Origin: Acidimicrobiia bacterium
GTDB taxonomy: Bacteria; Actinomycetota; Acidimicrobiia; IMCC26256; JAENVU01
Direction of reading: 5' to 3'
Length of the DNA: 64,000 nt
Assembly: GCA_025361725.1 (NCBI GenBank)
Contig: JANYJV010000140.1
Coordinates: 9,428 to 73,427, forward strand
Shown: piece after piece, positions 1-9,324 of the stretch
Layout: each line of letters begins with the position of its first letter
Position numbering within the stretch: position 1 is the first letter of the stretch
The notes under the pieces: generated by a model
Database searches by the model: none
Told to the model about the DNA's origin: nothing
The model's input: the letters and a program-made list of their open reading frames with translations, nothing else
Program-made: the position numbers and the translations under genes

Positions 1-456
1 GAGAGAGTACGGACTGAGCATGAACGCCAACGCTCCGATGACCGCACCGGCACCGCGAACCCCGAGCGTGCGGAAGAGGAACAGCATCCCGAGGCCCGCG
101 GCGAAGAGAATCGATCCGAGCCACAGCCGTTGCGCGATCCAATCCGGCGATCCAATCGCTTGAAACAGCCAATAGAACGGTCCCATCGGAAAGAGGTATC
201 CGATGTTCTGATGGGTGACCGTGCCGAATCCGATGTTCGGATCCCACATGGTCCATGCCCGTTCGAGCAGCCGGGACGGATCCAGATAGAGGTACTGCTT
301 GGTGTCGGCCGCCACCTTGCCCGGGGCGCTCGCGAGTACCGGCAGGTACGAAAGCGCAGCGAGGAGGAGATAGCCGATACGTCGGATGCCGACGGTGCTC
401 CGTCCGACTGGCTGCGCCTGGGCCGCGTGCTCCGCCGCCGATGGCGGATCGGTCAC
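1..456 (-). CDS. AftD-like (DUF3367) arabinofuranosyltransferase-family GT-C membrane protein; N-terminal 152 codons only, the 3' part runs off the left edge
   Basis: Absent from the ORF track because it has no stop in the window. My minus-strand translation from GTG 456-454 gives VTDPPSAAEHAAQAQPVGRSTVGIRRIGYLLLAALSYLPVLASAPGKVAADTKQYLYLDPSRLLERAWTMWDPNIGFGTVTHQNIGYLFPMGPFYWLF... This carries the DTK..L.LDP...RA...W...QN.GYLFP.GPF pattern I associate with the AftD/DUF3367 N-terminus. The GTG overlaps the TGA (453-455) of the upstream GT4 gene as GTGA. Confidence 0.7.
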   Translation of the reverse strand, partial: MTDPPSAAEHAAQAQPVGRSTVGIRRIGYLLLAALSYLPVLASAPGKVAADTKQYLYLDPSRLLERAWTMWDPNIGFGTVTHQNIGYLFPMGPFYWLFQAIGSPDWIAQRLWLGSILFAAGLGMLFLFRTLGVRGAGAVIGALAFMLSPYSL

Positions 457-1667
457 GAGCGGCGGCGGCGTAACGCCTCGGCAGCGAGGACCTCGAGGGT
501 GCCGCGCGCCGTTGCGGCCCAGGTGAACTGTTCCGCGTGGTGCCGTGCACCCTGGCTCAACCGACCGCGGAGCTCGGGATCGCCAAGCACGCGATTCAAC
601 CCGTCGACCAACTCGTCGGGGCTGCCCGCGAGGAGCCCGGAACGTCCTTCGGAGACGGCGTCGGAGTGCCCTGCGATTCGCGTCACGACGGCCGGCGTCC
701 CGCACGCTGCGGCTTCGGTGACCGTCATCCCCCAACCTTCGCGCGCCGACGCGCTGGTGAGCACCCAGGCGCGCTGGTAGAGGTCAATGACTTCTTCGTC
801 GCTGATGTGACCAGGGAGTTGGATGTACTGATCGGCACCTGCCTCGTGAATCTGTGCCTCGAGCTGCTCCCGCCGGTACCCCTCGCCGACGATGACTGCC
901 TCCATCGTCGGATGATGCGCATGCAGTTTCACGAGCGCATCGACGAGCACGTCGAACTGTTTCACCGGCACCAGACGTCCGACGGCAACCACCAGCGGCG
1001 TCGGCGACTTCGGACCCAACGGGGAAAACCGAGGATCGATCCCCGGCGGCACCACGTGCACCATGGACGGCTTGAACTTGAGGTCGGTGACCAACTCGTG
1101 CCTCGACGAGTTGGAAAGCGTCACGATTGGGGTGCGCCGATAAAACTTGGGCGCGATCGTCGACTCGAGCGTCCGGCCGACCGCAGCAAGCTTCGGTGGC
1201 AGCGTCATGTTCCACATGTCGGCGTGCACGTGGTGGAGCCAGGTCACGTGGGGAGTCCGGGCCCAGACCGGTGACATGAAGGGCATGCCGTTCCAGATTT
1301 CGACCAGCCCGTCGCGTCCTCCGTGCCAGCCCATCATCTCGGAGAACGCGGCGCGAGGAAAGACCATGTATCGCCCGGCTTTCCGGATCACCCGGTACCC
1401 GTGTCTCCAGCTCATCTGCGGCTGCCCGGCCGCGAACGAGGTGCGCATCGTGACTTCGATCCCCGCCTCGGCCCAGAGCCGGGCGATCGTCGACGCGTGC
1501 ACCTCGGATCCGCCGGCTTCGGGGTCATCCAGATCCCGCCAGGCCAGCATGGCCACTCGCTGCAGACCGGCCTCGGCCGCAAGATCGCCCAACTTGGCGA
1601 TTTCGGCAGTGGTCGCAAGACCTTCGAGATCAGCCATGGTGCGAGTCTCCCCCAACGCTCCGCCCAT
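453..1667 (-). CDS. glycosyltransferase family 4 (GT-B fold)
   Basis: 404-aa track ORF. The C-terminal half reads ...VVAVGRLVPVKQFDVLVDAL...SASAREGWGMTVTEAAACGTPAVVT, which contains the GT4 E-x7-E motif (EGWGMTVTE). The start is uncertain: 1667 (track), ATG 1637 (preceded by GGGGGAG), or GTG 1556 / ATG 1550 just before RVAMLAWRD, where GT4 proteins usually begin. Confidence 0.85.
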   Translation of the reverse strand: MGGALGETRTMADLEGLATTAEIAKLGDLAAEAGLQRVAMLAWRDLDDPEAGGSEVHASTIARLWAEAGIEVTMRTSFAAGQPQMSWRHGYRVIRKAGRYMVFPRAAFSEMMGWHGGRDGLVEIWNGMPFMSPVWARTPHVTWLHHVHADMWNMTLPPKLAAVGRTLESTIAPKFYRRTPIVTLSNSSRHELVTDLKFKPSMVHVVPPGIDPRFSPLGPKSPTPLVVAVGRLVPVKQFDVLVDALVKLHAHHPTMEAVIVGEGYRREQLEAQIHEAGADQYIQLPGHISDEEVIDLYQRAWVLTSASAREGWGMTVTEAAACGTPAVVTRIAGHSDAVSEGRSGLLAGSPDELVDGLNRVLGDPELRGRLSQGARHHAEQFTWAATARGTLEVLAAEALRRRRS

Positions 1668-1781
1668 GCGGAGCAGCCCGATATTCTAGGCGGCCCGCGG
1701 TCCACGCGGACCCGCCAGGCCCTCCGGCCGACGATTCGCAACCGTAAAGGACCCTTGGTGAAGCTCACCGGCGAACGCCCC

Positions 1782-2570
1782 ATGGAAGGGCATACGCCCG
1801 ATTCCCTTCTCGCCCTCCACGACGCCGGCTATCGGGAGGTGATTGCTCGTCTCGGTTCCGGCCGAGTACTCGACGTTGGCTGCGGGGTGGGGATGGAGAC
1901 CGCCCGCTTCTGTGGGCCGGACCGACAGGTGATCGGCGTCGACTACGACGCCGCCACCGCCGCGGTCGCCCGCTCCGATTTTGGTCCGGGTGGACCCCGT
2001 GGGACCGACGCCGATTTCGTGGCGATGGACGGGGGACGGCTCGGATTCCGGTCGGGCTGCTTCGACGCCGTCTGTTCCTCGCACATCATCGAGCACTTCG
2101 TGATGCCGGAGGATCATGCCGCGGAGTTGGCCCGAGTGTGCGCCGAGGACGGCACTGCGTTTGTCATCACTCCGAACGGACCCGCGGACTTCGAGAACCC
2201 CTTCCACGTGTACCTGTTCGAGGCCGACCAGCTCGCCAGCTTGCTTCACTTGTTCTTCGAGGAAGTCGAGGTCATCGGCCTCGAAGGCGACGATGTTCTG
2301 AAGGCAGACTTCGCGTCCCGGCGTACGAGTGGAGAGAAGCTCTTGAAACTCGACGTGCTCAAGCTCCGCCAGCGGATGCCGCGCAATTGGTACGTCTGGT
2401 CCTACGAACACGCGCTGCCCGTCGTTTACAAGGTGCTCGGCTCGGACAACACGGGGATCGGTTCGGGTCTCGACGATTCACACTTCTTCGCGACGGACAC
2501 GATCGTGCCCACCACTCCGGTGTTGTTCGCCATCGCCCGCAAGCCGCGCCGGTTTCCCGCATCGAAGTAA
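1782..2570 (+). CDS. class I SAM-dependent methyltransferase
   Basis: In-frame tail of track ORF 1323..2570. The first ~150 codons are Arg/Pro/Gly-rich and lie antisense to the GT4 gene, so I trimmed to ATG 1782 (GTG 1758 is also possible). Motif I is VLDVGCGVGME, and ...FDAVCSSHIIEHF... is Methyltransf_11-like. Confidence 0.8.
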   Translation: MEGHTPDSLLALHDAGYREVIARLGSGRVLDVGCGVGMETARFCGPDRQVIGVDYDAATAAVARSDFGPGGPRGTDADFVAMDGGRLGFRSGCFDAVCSSHIIEHFVMPEDHAAELARVCAEDGTAFVITPNGPADFENPFHVYLFEADQLASLLHLFFEEVEVIGLEGDDVLKADFASRRTSGEKLLKLDVLKLRQRMPRNWYVWSYEHALPVVYKVLGSDNTGIGSGLDDSHFFATDTIVPTTPVLFAIARKPRRFPASK

Positions 2571-2572
2571 CC

Positions 2573-3919
2573 GTGGAAAGCGTCGGCGCTCCGAACGGTG
2601 GCGTCCTGCATGCTGAGCGTTCGCGCTTCGGGGTTCAGCTGGCAGTGATCGTGGCCCTGGCTGCAATCGTGCGGGTCCTCGTCGTCGTTCTCGTCGATCC
2701 CCACGTCCCGCCGGTGGGTGACGCCAGCGCGTACCACCTCCTCGCCAACCACCTCGCCGACGGTCGCGGGTACATCCGTCCGTTCGATTTCACCAAGTTT
2801 CATCTCGTCGTCCCCACCGCCGAGTATCCACCGTTCCACCCGTTCGTCCTGTCACTCTTCGCCCGGCTCGGAGCGCGCAGCGTCGAGGCGCAGCGGCTCG
2901 GACTCACGGTCATCGGGTCCGCCACAGTCGCGCTGGTCGGGCTCGTCGGCCGCCAGATCGCCGGACCGCGCGTCGGCATCGTCGCCGCGGGGTTGGCCGC
3001 CGTCTCCCCCATGATGTTCCTGCCCGAGGCGACACTGATGAGCGAAGCGATCTTCGTCTTCCTCGTGACGTTGGCACTGTTCCTCGCGGGCCGGATACGC
3101 ACGAACCCGAACCTGCGCGCCTTTGCGGTGCTCGGGATCGTGCTCGGACTTGCCGCGCTGACGCGCGCCGAGGCCACCGTCCTCGCGGTGCTGCTCGTGG
3201 TTCCACTCGCCGTGAGCGCACCGGACGCGTCAGGTCGCCGCCGGATCGCACTCGGCGCAGTCGCCCTGGCGATGGTCGGTGCCGTGATGGTCCCGTGGGC
3301 GGTCCGGAACCAGACCGCCTTCCATTCGTTCGTGCCCGTCTCCAACAACCTCGGAACCGCGCTCGTCGGCGCCAACTGCGCACTCACGTACCAAGGCCCG
3401 GCGCTCGGATCGTGGCGGTCGACGTTCGGCACCGGCGATACCGCGACCGGTCAGTGCTTCACCGGCTTCAACGGCAGCCAACCCCACTTCAACGAGGCGA
3501 CAGCGGCGGGTGCCGCTCGCAAGAAGGGAATCGACTTCGCCCGCGATCACCTCGGGGAAGTTCCGAAAGTGGCGGCCGCACGCCTGCTGCGGAGCGCCGG
3601 TCTCTTCCGGCCCGGTCAGCAGATCGAACTCGAAGCGCTCGAGGGCCGGCCGATCGACTGGGAGCGGGCCGGAACCTATCTGGACTGGGTCCTGTATCCA
3701 TTCGCGGCCGTGGGCCTGTATCTCCTGCTGCGACGGCGGACAGGTGCGTGGCCGCTCGCCGCGGCGGTGATCAGCGTGCTCGTCTCCACGCTGGTCACGT
3801 ACGGCAACCAACGATTCCGCATCGGCGCCGAGCCGACGATCCTGATCGCCGCGGCGGCCGGCATCGTCGCGCTCGTGAGCCGGCGTCGGACGCCGCAGTC
3901 TGCGTCGGTTGTTGCGTGA
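2573..3919 (+). CDS. GT-C family membrane glycosyltransferase (ArnT/PMT-like, GT39/GT83-type)
   Basis: Tail of track ORF 2138..3919, trimmed to GTG 2573, which lies 3 nt after the methyltransferase stop. It is a multi-TM protein with first loop ...VGDASAYHLLANHLADGRGY..., then ...LAALTRAEATVLAV..., and C-terminus ...YGNQRFRIGAEPTILIAAAAGIVAL. It is a paralog of 42810..44165 (...YGQTRFRVPAEPIIVVLAAVAMT). Confidence 0.7.
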   Translation: MESVGAPNGGVLHAERSRFGVQLAVIVALAAIVRVLVVVLVDPHVPPVGDASAYHLLANHLADGRGYIRPFDFTKFHLVVPTAEYPPFHPFVLSLFARLGARSVEAQRLGLTVIGSATVALVGLVGRQIAGPRVGIVAAGLAAVSPMMFLPEATLMSEAIFVFLVTLALFLAGRIRTNPNLRAFAVLGIVLGLAALTRAEATVLAVLLVVPLAVSAPDASGRRRIALGAVALAMVGAVMVPWAVRNQTAFHSFVPVSNNLGTALVGANCALTYQGPALGSWRSTFGTGDTATGQCFTGFNGSQPHFNEATAAGAARKKGIDFARDHLGEVPKVAAARLLRSAGLFRPGQQIELEALEGRPIDWERAGTYLDWVLYPFAAVGLYLLLRRRTGAWPLAAAVISVLVSTLVTYGNQRFRIGAEPTILIAAAAGIVALVSRRRTPQSASVVA

Positions 3920-3957
3920 GGATCGTCGCGAACCCGAACCGGTAGGATCTCGGCCTC

Positions 3958-4269
3958 ATGCTCTGGCTCGAACGTCGTATTGTCGCCGCGCTCGCCGGGC
4001 CAGATGACCAGCGCACCGGTGGCGCGATCACGGAGTTCGTCGACACGTCGTTTCGGACCATGCCCCAACATCTTCGAGCCGGTGTCGTCGGAGAATCGAT
4101 CCTCCTCGGGGCCTACGTTCGCCTCCGGCGGGGGCCGAACCCGAGCCCAGCTGCGATCGTGGCCTCGATGGAGCAGTGGGAACACCATCCGATCGGCGTC
4201 ATCCGCCAGTACGCCCGGCTGCTGTCGTCGCTCGTCATCTTTCCCCAGCAAGAGATCGTCGACGGATGA
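3958..4269 (+). CDS. small hypothetical protein, translationally coupled to the GMC oxidoreductase
   Basis: 103-aa ORF starting at ATG 3958. Its TGA (4267-4269) overlaps ATG 4266 of the next gene (ATGA). I recognise no family. The balanced, non-repetitive composition (...EQWEHHPIGVIRQYARLLSSLVIF...) argues for real coding. Confidence 0.45.
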   Translation: MLWLERRIVAALAGPDDQRTGGAITEFVDTSFRTMPQHLRAGVVGESILLGAYVRLRRGPNPSPAAIVASMEQWEHHPIGVIRQYARLLSSLVIFPQQEIVDG

Positions 4270-5693
4270 CCCGAACCATCGACACCGAGGTCTTGGTCAT
4301 CGGCTCCGGCGCGGGCGGGGCGGTCACTGCGGCCCGGTTGGCCGAGGCCGGTCGCTCGGTGCTGGTGGTGGAAGAGGGCCCCTGGTTCGACCCGGATGCT
4401 CACGAGCCGTCGTCCCTCGAAGAGTTCACCGCGCGGTGGCGCCATCAGGGCGCGTGTGCGGCCCTCGGAAGTCCGGGAATCGCGTTCGCCGAGGGGCGAT
4501 GCGTCGGCGGAAGCACCGAGATCAACATGGGCCTCTACCACCGGCTGCCTGCGCACTTCGCCGCCGAGTGGCGGCGCAAATATGGCATCGCGGACTTCGA
4601 CGATGCGACGCTGGACCGGTACGCAACCGACATCGAGAAGACGGTGACGGTGTCGTTCCTGCCCGGTGAAGCTCCGGCGTCCTCCGCGGTCTTGGAACAT
4701 GGTGCCGACGCGCTCGGGTGGAAGAGCACCGAGTTCGCGCGCGTCTTCGCGTACGACGACAAGGGGCATGGCACCAAACAGTCCATGTCTCGCACGATGA
4801 TCCCGAAGGCGGTGGCGGCGGGGGCCATCATCCAACCGGACTGCACCGTGCTCAAGCTCAACCGCTCCGGGCGCCGCGTCACCGGCGCGACCGCACGCCT
4901 TGGGTACGCGGACGGCAGCTCCGAGCTGGTCACCCTCCGGGCCGACCAGGTCTTCGTCTGCGGGGGCGCGATCCAGACCCCCACCCTCCTCCAGCGCAGT
5001 GGCTTTCGCCACAACATCGGTCCGGGCCTCAAGTTCCATCCGACCGTCAAAGTGGCCGCGCGATTCTCACACCCGTACGACCACGACGAAGTCCCCGTGC
5101 ACCGCGTGACGGAGTTCGACCCGTTCCTCACGATCGGTGGCTCCGCCAGCCGTCGCGGTCACGTAGCGCTCGCAGTGGCCGACGCGGCGCCGAGCGACCT
5201 CGACCGCGTGCTCGAAGAGTGGCAGAACGTCGTCGTCTACTACGCCGCGATTCGCAGCTCCGGCAGCGGTCGGGTGCGCGCCCTCCCGGGTCTGCGTGCG
5301 CCGCTCGTCACCTACGGGCTCACCGACTCGGACCTGAGTCGTCTGGCGCGCGGTCTGGTCCACCTGGGCGAAGTGTTGTTGGCGGCCGGTGCGGTCGAAC
5401 TCTTTCCTTCGATCGCCGGTGGACCGATCGTGCGGAGTCGCGAAGACCTCGGACAATGGTGGACCGCACTCACTCGGTCTCGATCCAACCTGATGACCGT
5501 GCACCTCACCAGTACGGTACGCATGGGTGACGCCAGTGACCTGACCGGTACGGACAGCTACGGGCGAGTGTGGGACACCGACAACCTCCGCGTGAACGAC
5601 GCGTCCTTGCTCCCCGATGCACCCGGCGTCAATCCCCAAGCTGCGGTGATGATGATCGCGGCGCGCAACGCCGACGCGTTCCTCTCGACCTAA
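4266..5693 (+). CDS. GMC-family FAD-dependent oxidoreductase
   Basis: Tail of track ORF 4176..5693, starting at ATG 4266 (MTRTIDTEVLVIGSGAGGAVTAARLAEAG, an FAD beta-alpha-beta fold). The C-terminal signature ...NLRVNDASLLPDAPGVNPQAAVMMIAARNA is typical of GMC oxidoreductases. Confidence 0.85.
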   Translation: MTRTIDTEVLVIGSGAGGAVTAARLAEAGRSVLVVEEGPWFDPDAHEPSSLEEFTARWRHQGACAALGSPGIAFAEGRCVGGSTEINMGLYHRLPAHFAAEWRRKYGIADFDDATLDRYATDIEKTVTVSFLPGEAPASSAVLEHGADALGWKSTEFARVFAYDDKGHGTKQSMSRTMIPKAVAAGAIIQPDCTVLKLNRSGRRVTGATARLGYADGSSELVTLRADQVFVCGGAIQTPTLLQRSGFRHNIGPGLKFHPTVKVAARFSHPYDHDEVPVHRVTEFDPFLTIGGSASRRGHVALAVADAAPSDLDRVLEEWQNVVVYYAAIRSSGSGRVRALPGLRAPLVTYGLTDSDLSRLARGLVHLGEVLLAAGAVELFPSIAGGPIVRSREDLGQWWTALTRSRSNLMTVHLTSTVRMGDASDLTGTDSYGRVWDTDNLRVNDASLLPDAPGVNPQAAVMMIAARNADAFLST

Positions 5694-5810
5694 CTGCTCC
5701 TCCGCTCGGATTTGCCGAGTCAGAGCTGCGTCGGGATGCTCCGGAGCTGGAATCCTCCGCTTCGCTTCGGACTCGGTGGTTTCAAAGCGAGGCAACAACC
5801 GCAGTGCGGT

Positions 5811-6833
5811 TCAGACGGGTAGGCGTTTCACCACGGCGAGCAGACCGAGTTTCGCGGGCGACTGGTGATGTGATTTCCCGGCGCCGCCGAGCGTCGTCCG
5901 ATTCCGCAAGAACCACTCGTAAGAATCGATCACGGCCGATGCGTTCGAGTGCGTGGGTTCCCACTCGAGTTCTCCCTCCGCCTTGCTCACATCGAACCAG
6001 AGCGATTCGCCGTACAAGAGCCAGTGGTAGGGAGCGAACGGCACCAGCGAGGACCGGCCGAGGACCTTCATCGCCATCTGGGCGGGCTTCGACGGCAGCC
6101 CGACGACGTGCGAACCGGTCTGGGCATGATCGACGAGCGCCTGCAGGGTCTCACGCATCGTCCCGAAGTCCCGGCACCCGATGTTGTACGTCGCCGCGCC
6201 CGGTCGCTGGGCGGCGCGCAGGCACGCCTCGGCGAGATCCTCGGCGTGGACGAACTGGTAGGTGTTGTCGCCCTTGCCCATGACGAAGACGGGCGCGCCA
6301 TCGGCGACGAACTCGAACAGGATCGCCATGATCCCAAGCCGTCCGTGCCCGAGCACGGTGCGGGGTCGGACGATCGAGACGTCGAGCCCGGCTGCAACGG
6401 CGTCGTGACAGAGGAACTCGGCTTCGAGTTTGGCGGTCCCGTACGCCTCCAACGGCCGGGGCCGGGTGGACTCGTCAACCGGGTTCGAGTCCGGGATTCC
6501 GAAGATTGCACTCGACGAGGTGTGCACCACCTTGGACACGCACGCGTCTCGTGCTGCGAGCAGCACATTGGCAGTGCCGACGACGTTGACCGACCAGAAC
6601 AGCTCGCGGTCTTTGGCGAGCGGCACCTGCGCAACGTTGTGGAGCACCACATCTACACCTTGCAAGGCGGCCCGCACGGCATCGATGTCTCGAACGTCGC
6701 CGATGACGTGCTCGATCGAACGATCCTCCGGTGGATTGAGGTCGAAGACCAGCACGTCGTGGCCTTGGGCGCGCGCTCGGTCGGTCAGCACCGAACCGAA
6801 GTAGCCGGCGCCGCCGGTGATCACCAACTTCAC
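5811..6833 (-). CDS. NAD-dependent epimerase/dehydratase family protein (extended SDR)
   Basis: Track ORF 5811..6995, trimmed to GTG 6833 so that the protein begins VKLVITGGAGYFGS (N-terminal Rossmann motif). The catalytic YxxxK is YGTAK. There is an unusual C-terminal tail ...GGAGKSHHQSPAKLGLLAVVKRLPV. Confidence 0.8.
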   Translation of the reverse strand: MKLVITGGAGYFGSVLTDRARAQGHDVLVFDLNPPEDRSIEHVIGDVRDIDAVRAALQGVDVVLHNVAQVPLAKDRELFWSVNVVGTANVLLAARDACVSKVVHTSSSAIFGIPDSNPVDESTRPRPLEAYGTAKLEAEFLCHDAVAAGLDVSIVRPRTVLGHGRLGIMAILFEFVADGAPVFVMGKGDNTYQFVHAEDLAEACLRAAQRPGAATYNIGCRDFGTMRETLQALVDHAQTGSHVVGLPSKPAQMAMKVLGRSSLVPFAPYHWLLYGESLWFDVSKAEGELEWEPTHSNASAVIDSYEWFLRNRTTLGGAGKSHHQSPAKLGLLAVVKRLPV

Positions 6834-6897
6834 GGACGCTCCTCGTTCGGTTGCAGCGCGACGGGTGTTGGAATCGGGGTGGTCCGGATCATCGACA

Positions 6898-7935
6898 TCA
6901 CAGGATCTCGCCGTGGTCCAGGCAGTAACGAATGCTCGACCGCATGCCATCGAGCAACGTGGTCTGCGGGTCGTATCCGAGTTCGGTGCGGGCACGCGTG
7001 ATGTCGCACGCGATCGTGTCCTTCAGCTCTCCGAGCACGTGAACTGCTTGGAGGTACTTCCCTCGCCGCTGTAGGAAGCCGTCGACCTTCTCGGCCACCA
7101 CGCCGACGGCCCGGGGGATCCGGGGCTGACCGCCGGAGACCGGAAGGCCTTCCGCCGCCAACGCCTCGCGCACGGTCGCGAGCACCGTCCGGAGTTCGTA
7201 CGGCGCGGCGTCGGCGATCCAGTACGCACGGCCGGACGCCGCCGGTGTGGCCTCCGCGCGCAGCAGACCCTGCACGAGATGGTCGGTGTACACCATGGAC
7301 CGTTGTTGGGTGCCGTCGCCGATCAACGGAAACCGACCGCGCCGCACCGCCTTGAACCACTGCGACTGCCGAGCCGGTTGGTACGGGCCATAGAACCACG
7401 GCGCGCGGACGATGACGGCGTCGAGGTCACCGCGATCCGCGCCCCGCCGCACGATCGCTTCCGCCTCCACCTTCGACTCGCCGTAGCCCATGTACGGGTT
7501 GAGGGGTGAGTCCTCGGTGAACCGGTCGGTGGGATGTGCATTGGCCCCGAACGGCGAGTTCGATGACACGTGGACGAGCCGAGCCGAACCCGACCGGCGA
7601 GCCTGATCGGCCACGAGTTCGGTGCCGCCGACGTTGATGTCGAAGAACTCCCGCACCGTTACCGGATGGATCACCGCCGCGCAGTGGAACACCGTCGCGC
7701 CGGAGATTCCGTCGAACAACGAATCCAGGGTCGCCGGATTGCGGACATCTCCGGCAACCGTCGACACGCCCGGCCCGATCAACTCGAGGGGTGGACCTTC
7801 GGCGGCTGATTGCACGAGTGCTCGCACCGGTCGGCCCTGCGCGACGATCGCACGCACCAGGTTGCGCCCCAGCCAACCGGCTGCGCCGGTGATGACCGTC
7901 GGGCGATCTGGACTGGGCCGATCGGACAGCTTCAC
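6898..7935 (-). CDS. NAD-dependent epimerase/dehydratase family protein (extended SDR)
   Basis: 345-aa ORF with Rossmann motif VITGAAGWLGRNL and catalytic YGESK. It sits in tandem with the SDR at 5811..6833. Confidence 0.8.
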   Translation of the reverse strand: MKLSDRPSPDRPTVITGAAGWLGRNLVRAIVAQGRPVRALVQSAAEGPPLELIGPGVSTVAGDVRNPATLDSLFDGISGATVFHCAAVIHPVTVREFFDINVGGTELVADQARRSGSARLVHVSSNSPFGANAHPTDRFTEDSPLNPYMGYGESKVEAEAIVRRGADRGDLDAVIVRAPWFYGPYQPARQSQWFKAVRRGRFPLIGDGTQQRSMVYTDHLVQGLLRAEATPAASGRAYWIADAAPYELRTVLATVREALAAEGLPVSGGQPRIPRAVGVVAEKVDGFLQRRGKYLQAVHVLGELKDTIACDITRARTELGYDPQTTLLDGMRSSIRYCLDHGEIL

Positions 7936-8033
7936 TCACACACCTCGTACACATTGGGGACCGCGGAGCGTACGTCATCGGACCATCGCGGCCTTCACCC
8001 CGCCGTCATGTCTCCGCCCGTACAATCGCCGCA

Positions 8034-9320
8034 ATGGCGTCGACGGCACCTCTCGAACGACGTACCTCGGCCGATCCTCGGTTCCCGAACTTCAACGGCC
8101 TTCGGGCCATCGCCGCGTTGGCGGTCGTGACGACGCACCTGGCCGACACCGGCGGCGCGAATGCTCCGAACATCCTGGGAGTGTTCTTCGCCCGCATGGA
8201 TGGTGGCGTCGCCATCTTCTTCGTGATCTCCGGCATCCTGCTCTACCGGCCGTTCGCTCGCGCCCACCTGCTCGACGACCCACGACCGCAACTCGTCCCC
8301 TACCTCTGGCGAAGGGGACTCCGGATCTATCCGGCGTACTGGCTCGCCATGACCGTGGTGGTCTACGTCCTCGGCGTCACGCAGATCCCGAGCCTCAAGA
8401 ACTTCCTGCTCGACTATTCGCTCCTGCACATCTACAGCCCGCACCAGCCGGACGTCTTCGCTCCGCTCGTGCAGTCCTGGACCCTCGCCACTGAGGTCGC
8501 CTTCTATCTCTTCCTTCCCGTGTGGTCCTGGGTCATGGCGCGGGTCGTGCGCGGGGAGGCCCGGCGGAGGGTCCGCACCGAACTCGTCGGGGTCGCGGTG
8601 TTGGTGGTGATCTCGGCGGCGTGGAAGGCGCTGGTCCTCGGCGTGGGTCTCTCCGACCCCCGAATCGGCCAGTTCAAACTCTGGCTGCCGTGGTGGCTCG
8701 ACCTCTTCGCGGTCGGTATGGGTCTGGCCGTCCTGTCCGTGGCCATCCAGCACTTCGACTGGTCCACGCCCTTCCGACTCGATCGCCGTCGAGCTGCTGC
8801 GATCTGCTGGCTTAGCGCGTTGGGCACGTTCTGGTGGGTCGCCGCGGGTGCTGGTCTGGACCACACCACCGCCGCGATCCCCCACTCCCTCCTGTGGGGT
8901 CAGCATTACCTCTACGGTGCGACCGCACTCCTGCTCGTGCTCCCGGCCGTCTTCGGGCCGCAGGGACGCGAGACCAGCCGCATCCATTGGTTTCTCCAGA
9001 CGCGCGTCATGGTGTTTCTCGGGTCGATCTCCTATGGCATCTACCTGTGGCACGAAGGCTGGATCGACCGGTACCTCCACTGGACCGATCTCACGTTCCG
9101 CGGCGTTTACTTCAGCGACACGCCGTTCGCCTGGCACACGAACCGCATCATCAGCGTGCCGTGGCTCGTGTTCTGCGTCGCGATCCTGGCGTTGACGATT
9201 GCGTCCGCGTCACTGTCGTGGTTCGGTCTCGAACGACCATTGCTGTCGCTGAAGCACCGATTCGACGGTGCCGGATCGGGGCGGGGCCACCGACCGCCGA
9301 GGAGCAGGGCCGTTCGGTGA
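8034..9320 (+). CDS. acyltransferase family 3 (integral-membrane O-acyltransferase)
   Basis: 428 aa from ATG 8034. The N-terminus ...FPNFNGLRAIAALAVVTTHL... is the acyltransferase_3 hallmark, followed by about ten hydrophobic segments. Confidence 0.8.
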   Translation: MASTAPLERRTSADPRFPNFNGLRAIAALAVVTTHLADTGGANAPNILGVFFARMDGGVAIFFVISGILLYRPFARAHLLDDPRPQLVPYLWRRGLRIYPAYWLAMTVVVYVLGVTQIPSLKNFLLDYSLLHIYSPHQPDVFAPLVQSWTLATEVAFYLFLPVWSWVMARVVRGEARRRVRTELVGVAVLVVISAAWKALVLGVGLSDPRIGQFKLWLPWWLDLFAVGMGLAVLSVAIQHFDWSTPFRLDRRRAAAICWLSALGTFWWVAAGAGLDHTTAAIPHSLLWGQHYLYGATALLLVLPAVFGPQGRETSRIHWFLQTRVMVFLGSISYGIYLWHEGWIDRYLHWTDLTFRGVYFSDTPFAWHTNRIISVPWLVFCVAILALTIASASLSWFGLERPLLSLKHRFDGAGSGRGHRPPRSRAVR

Positions 9321-9324
9321 TGTC

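Noticed and set aside
130-780. 216-aa plus-strand ORF at the left edge
   Set aside because: It overlaps the minus-strand AftD-like N-terminus (strong motif match) and the GT4 3' end, and its own translation is Arg-rich with no features.
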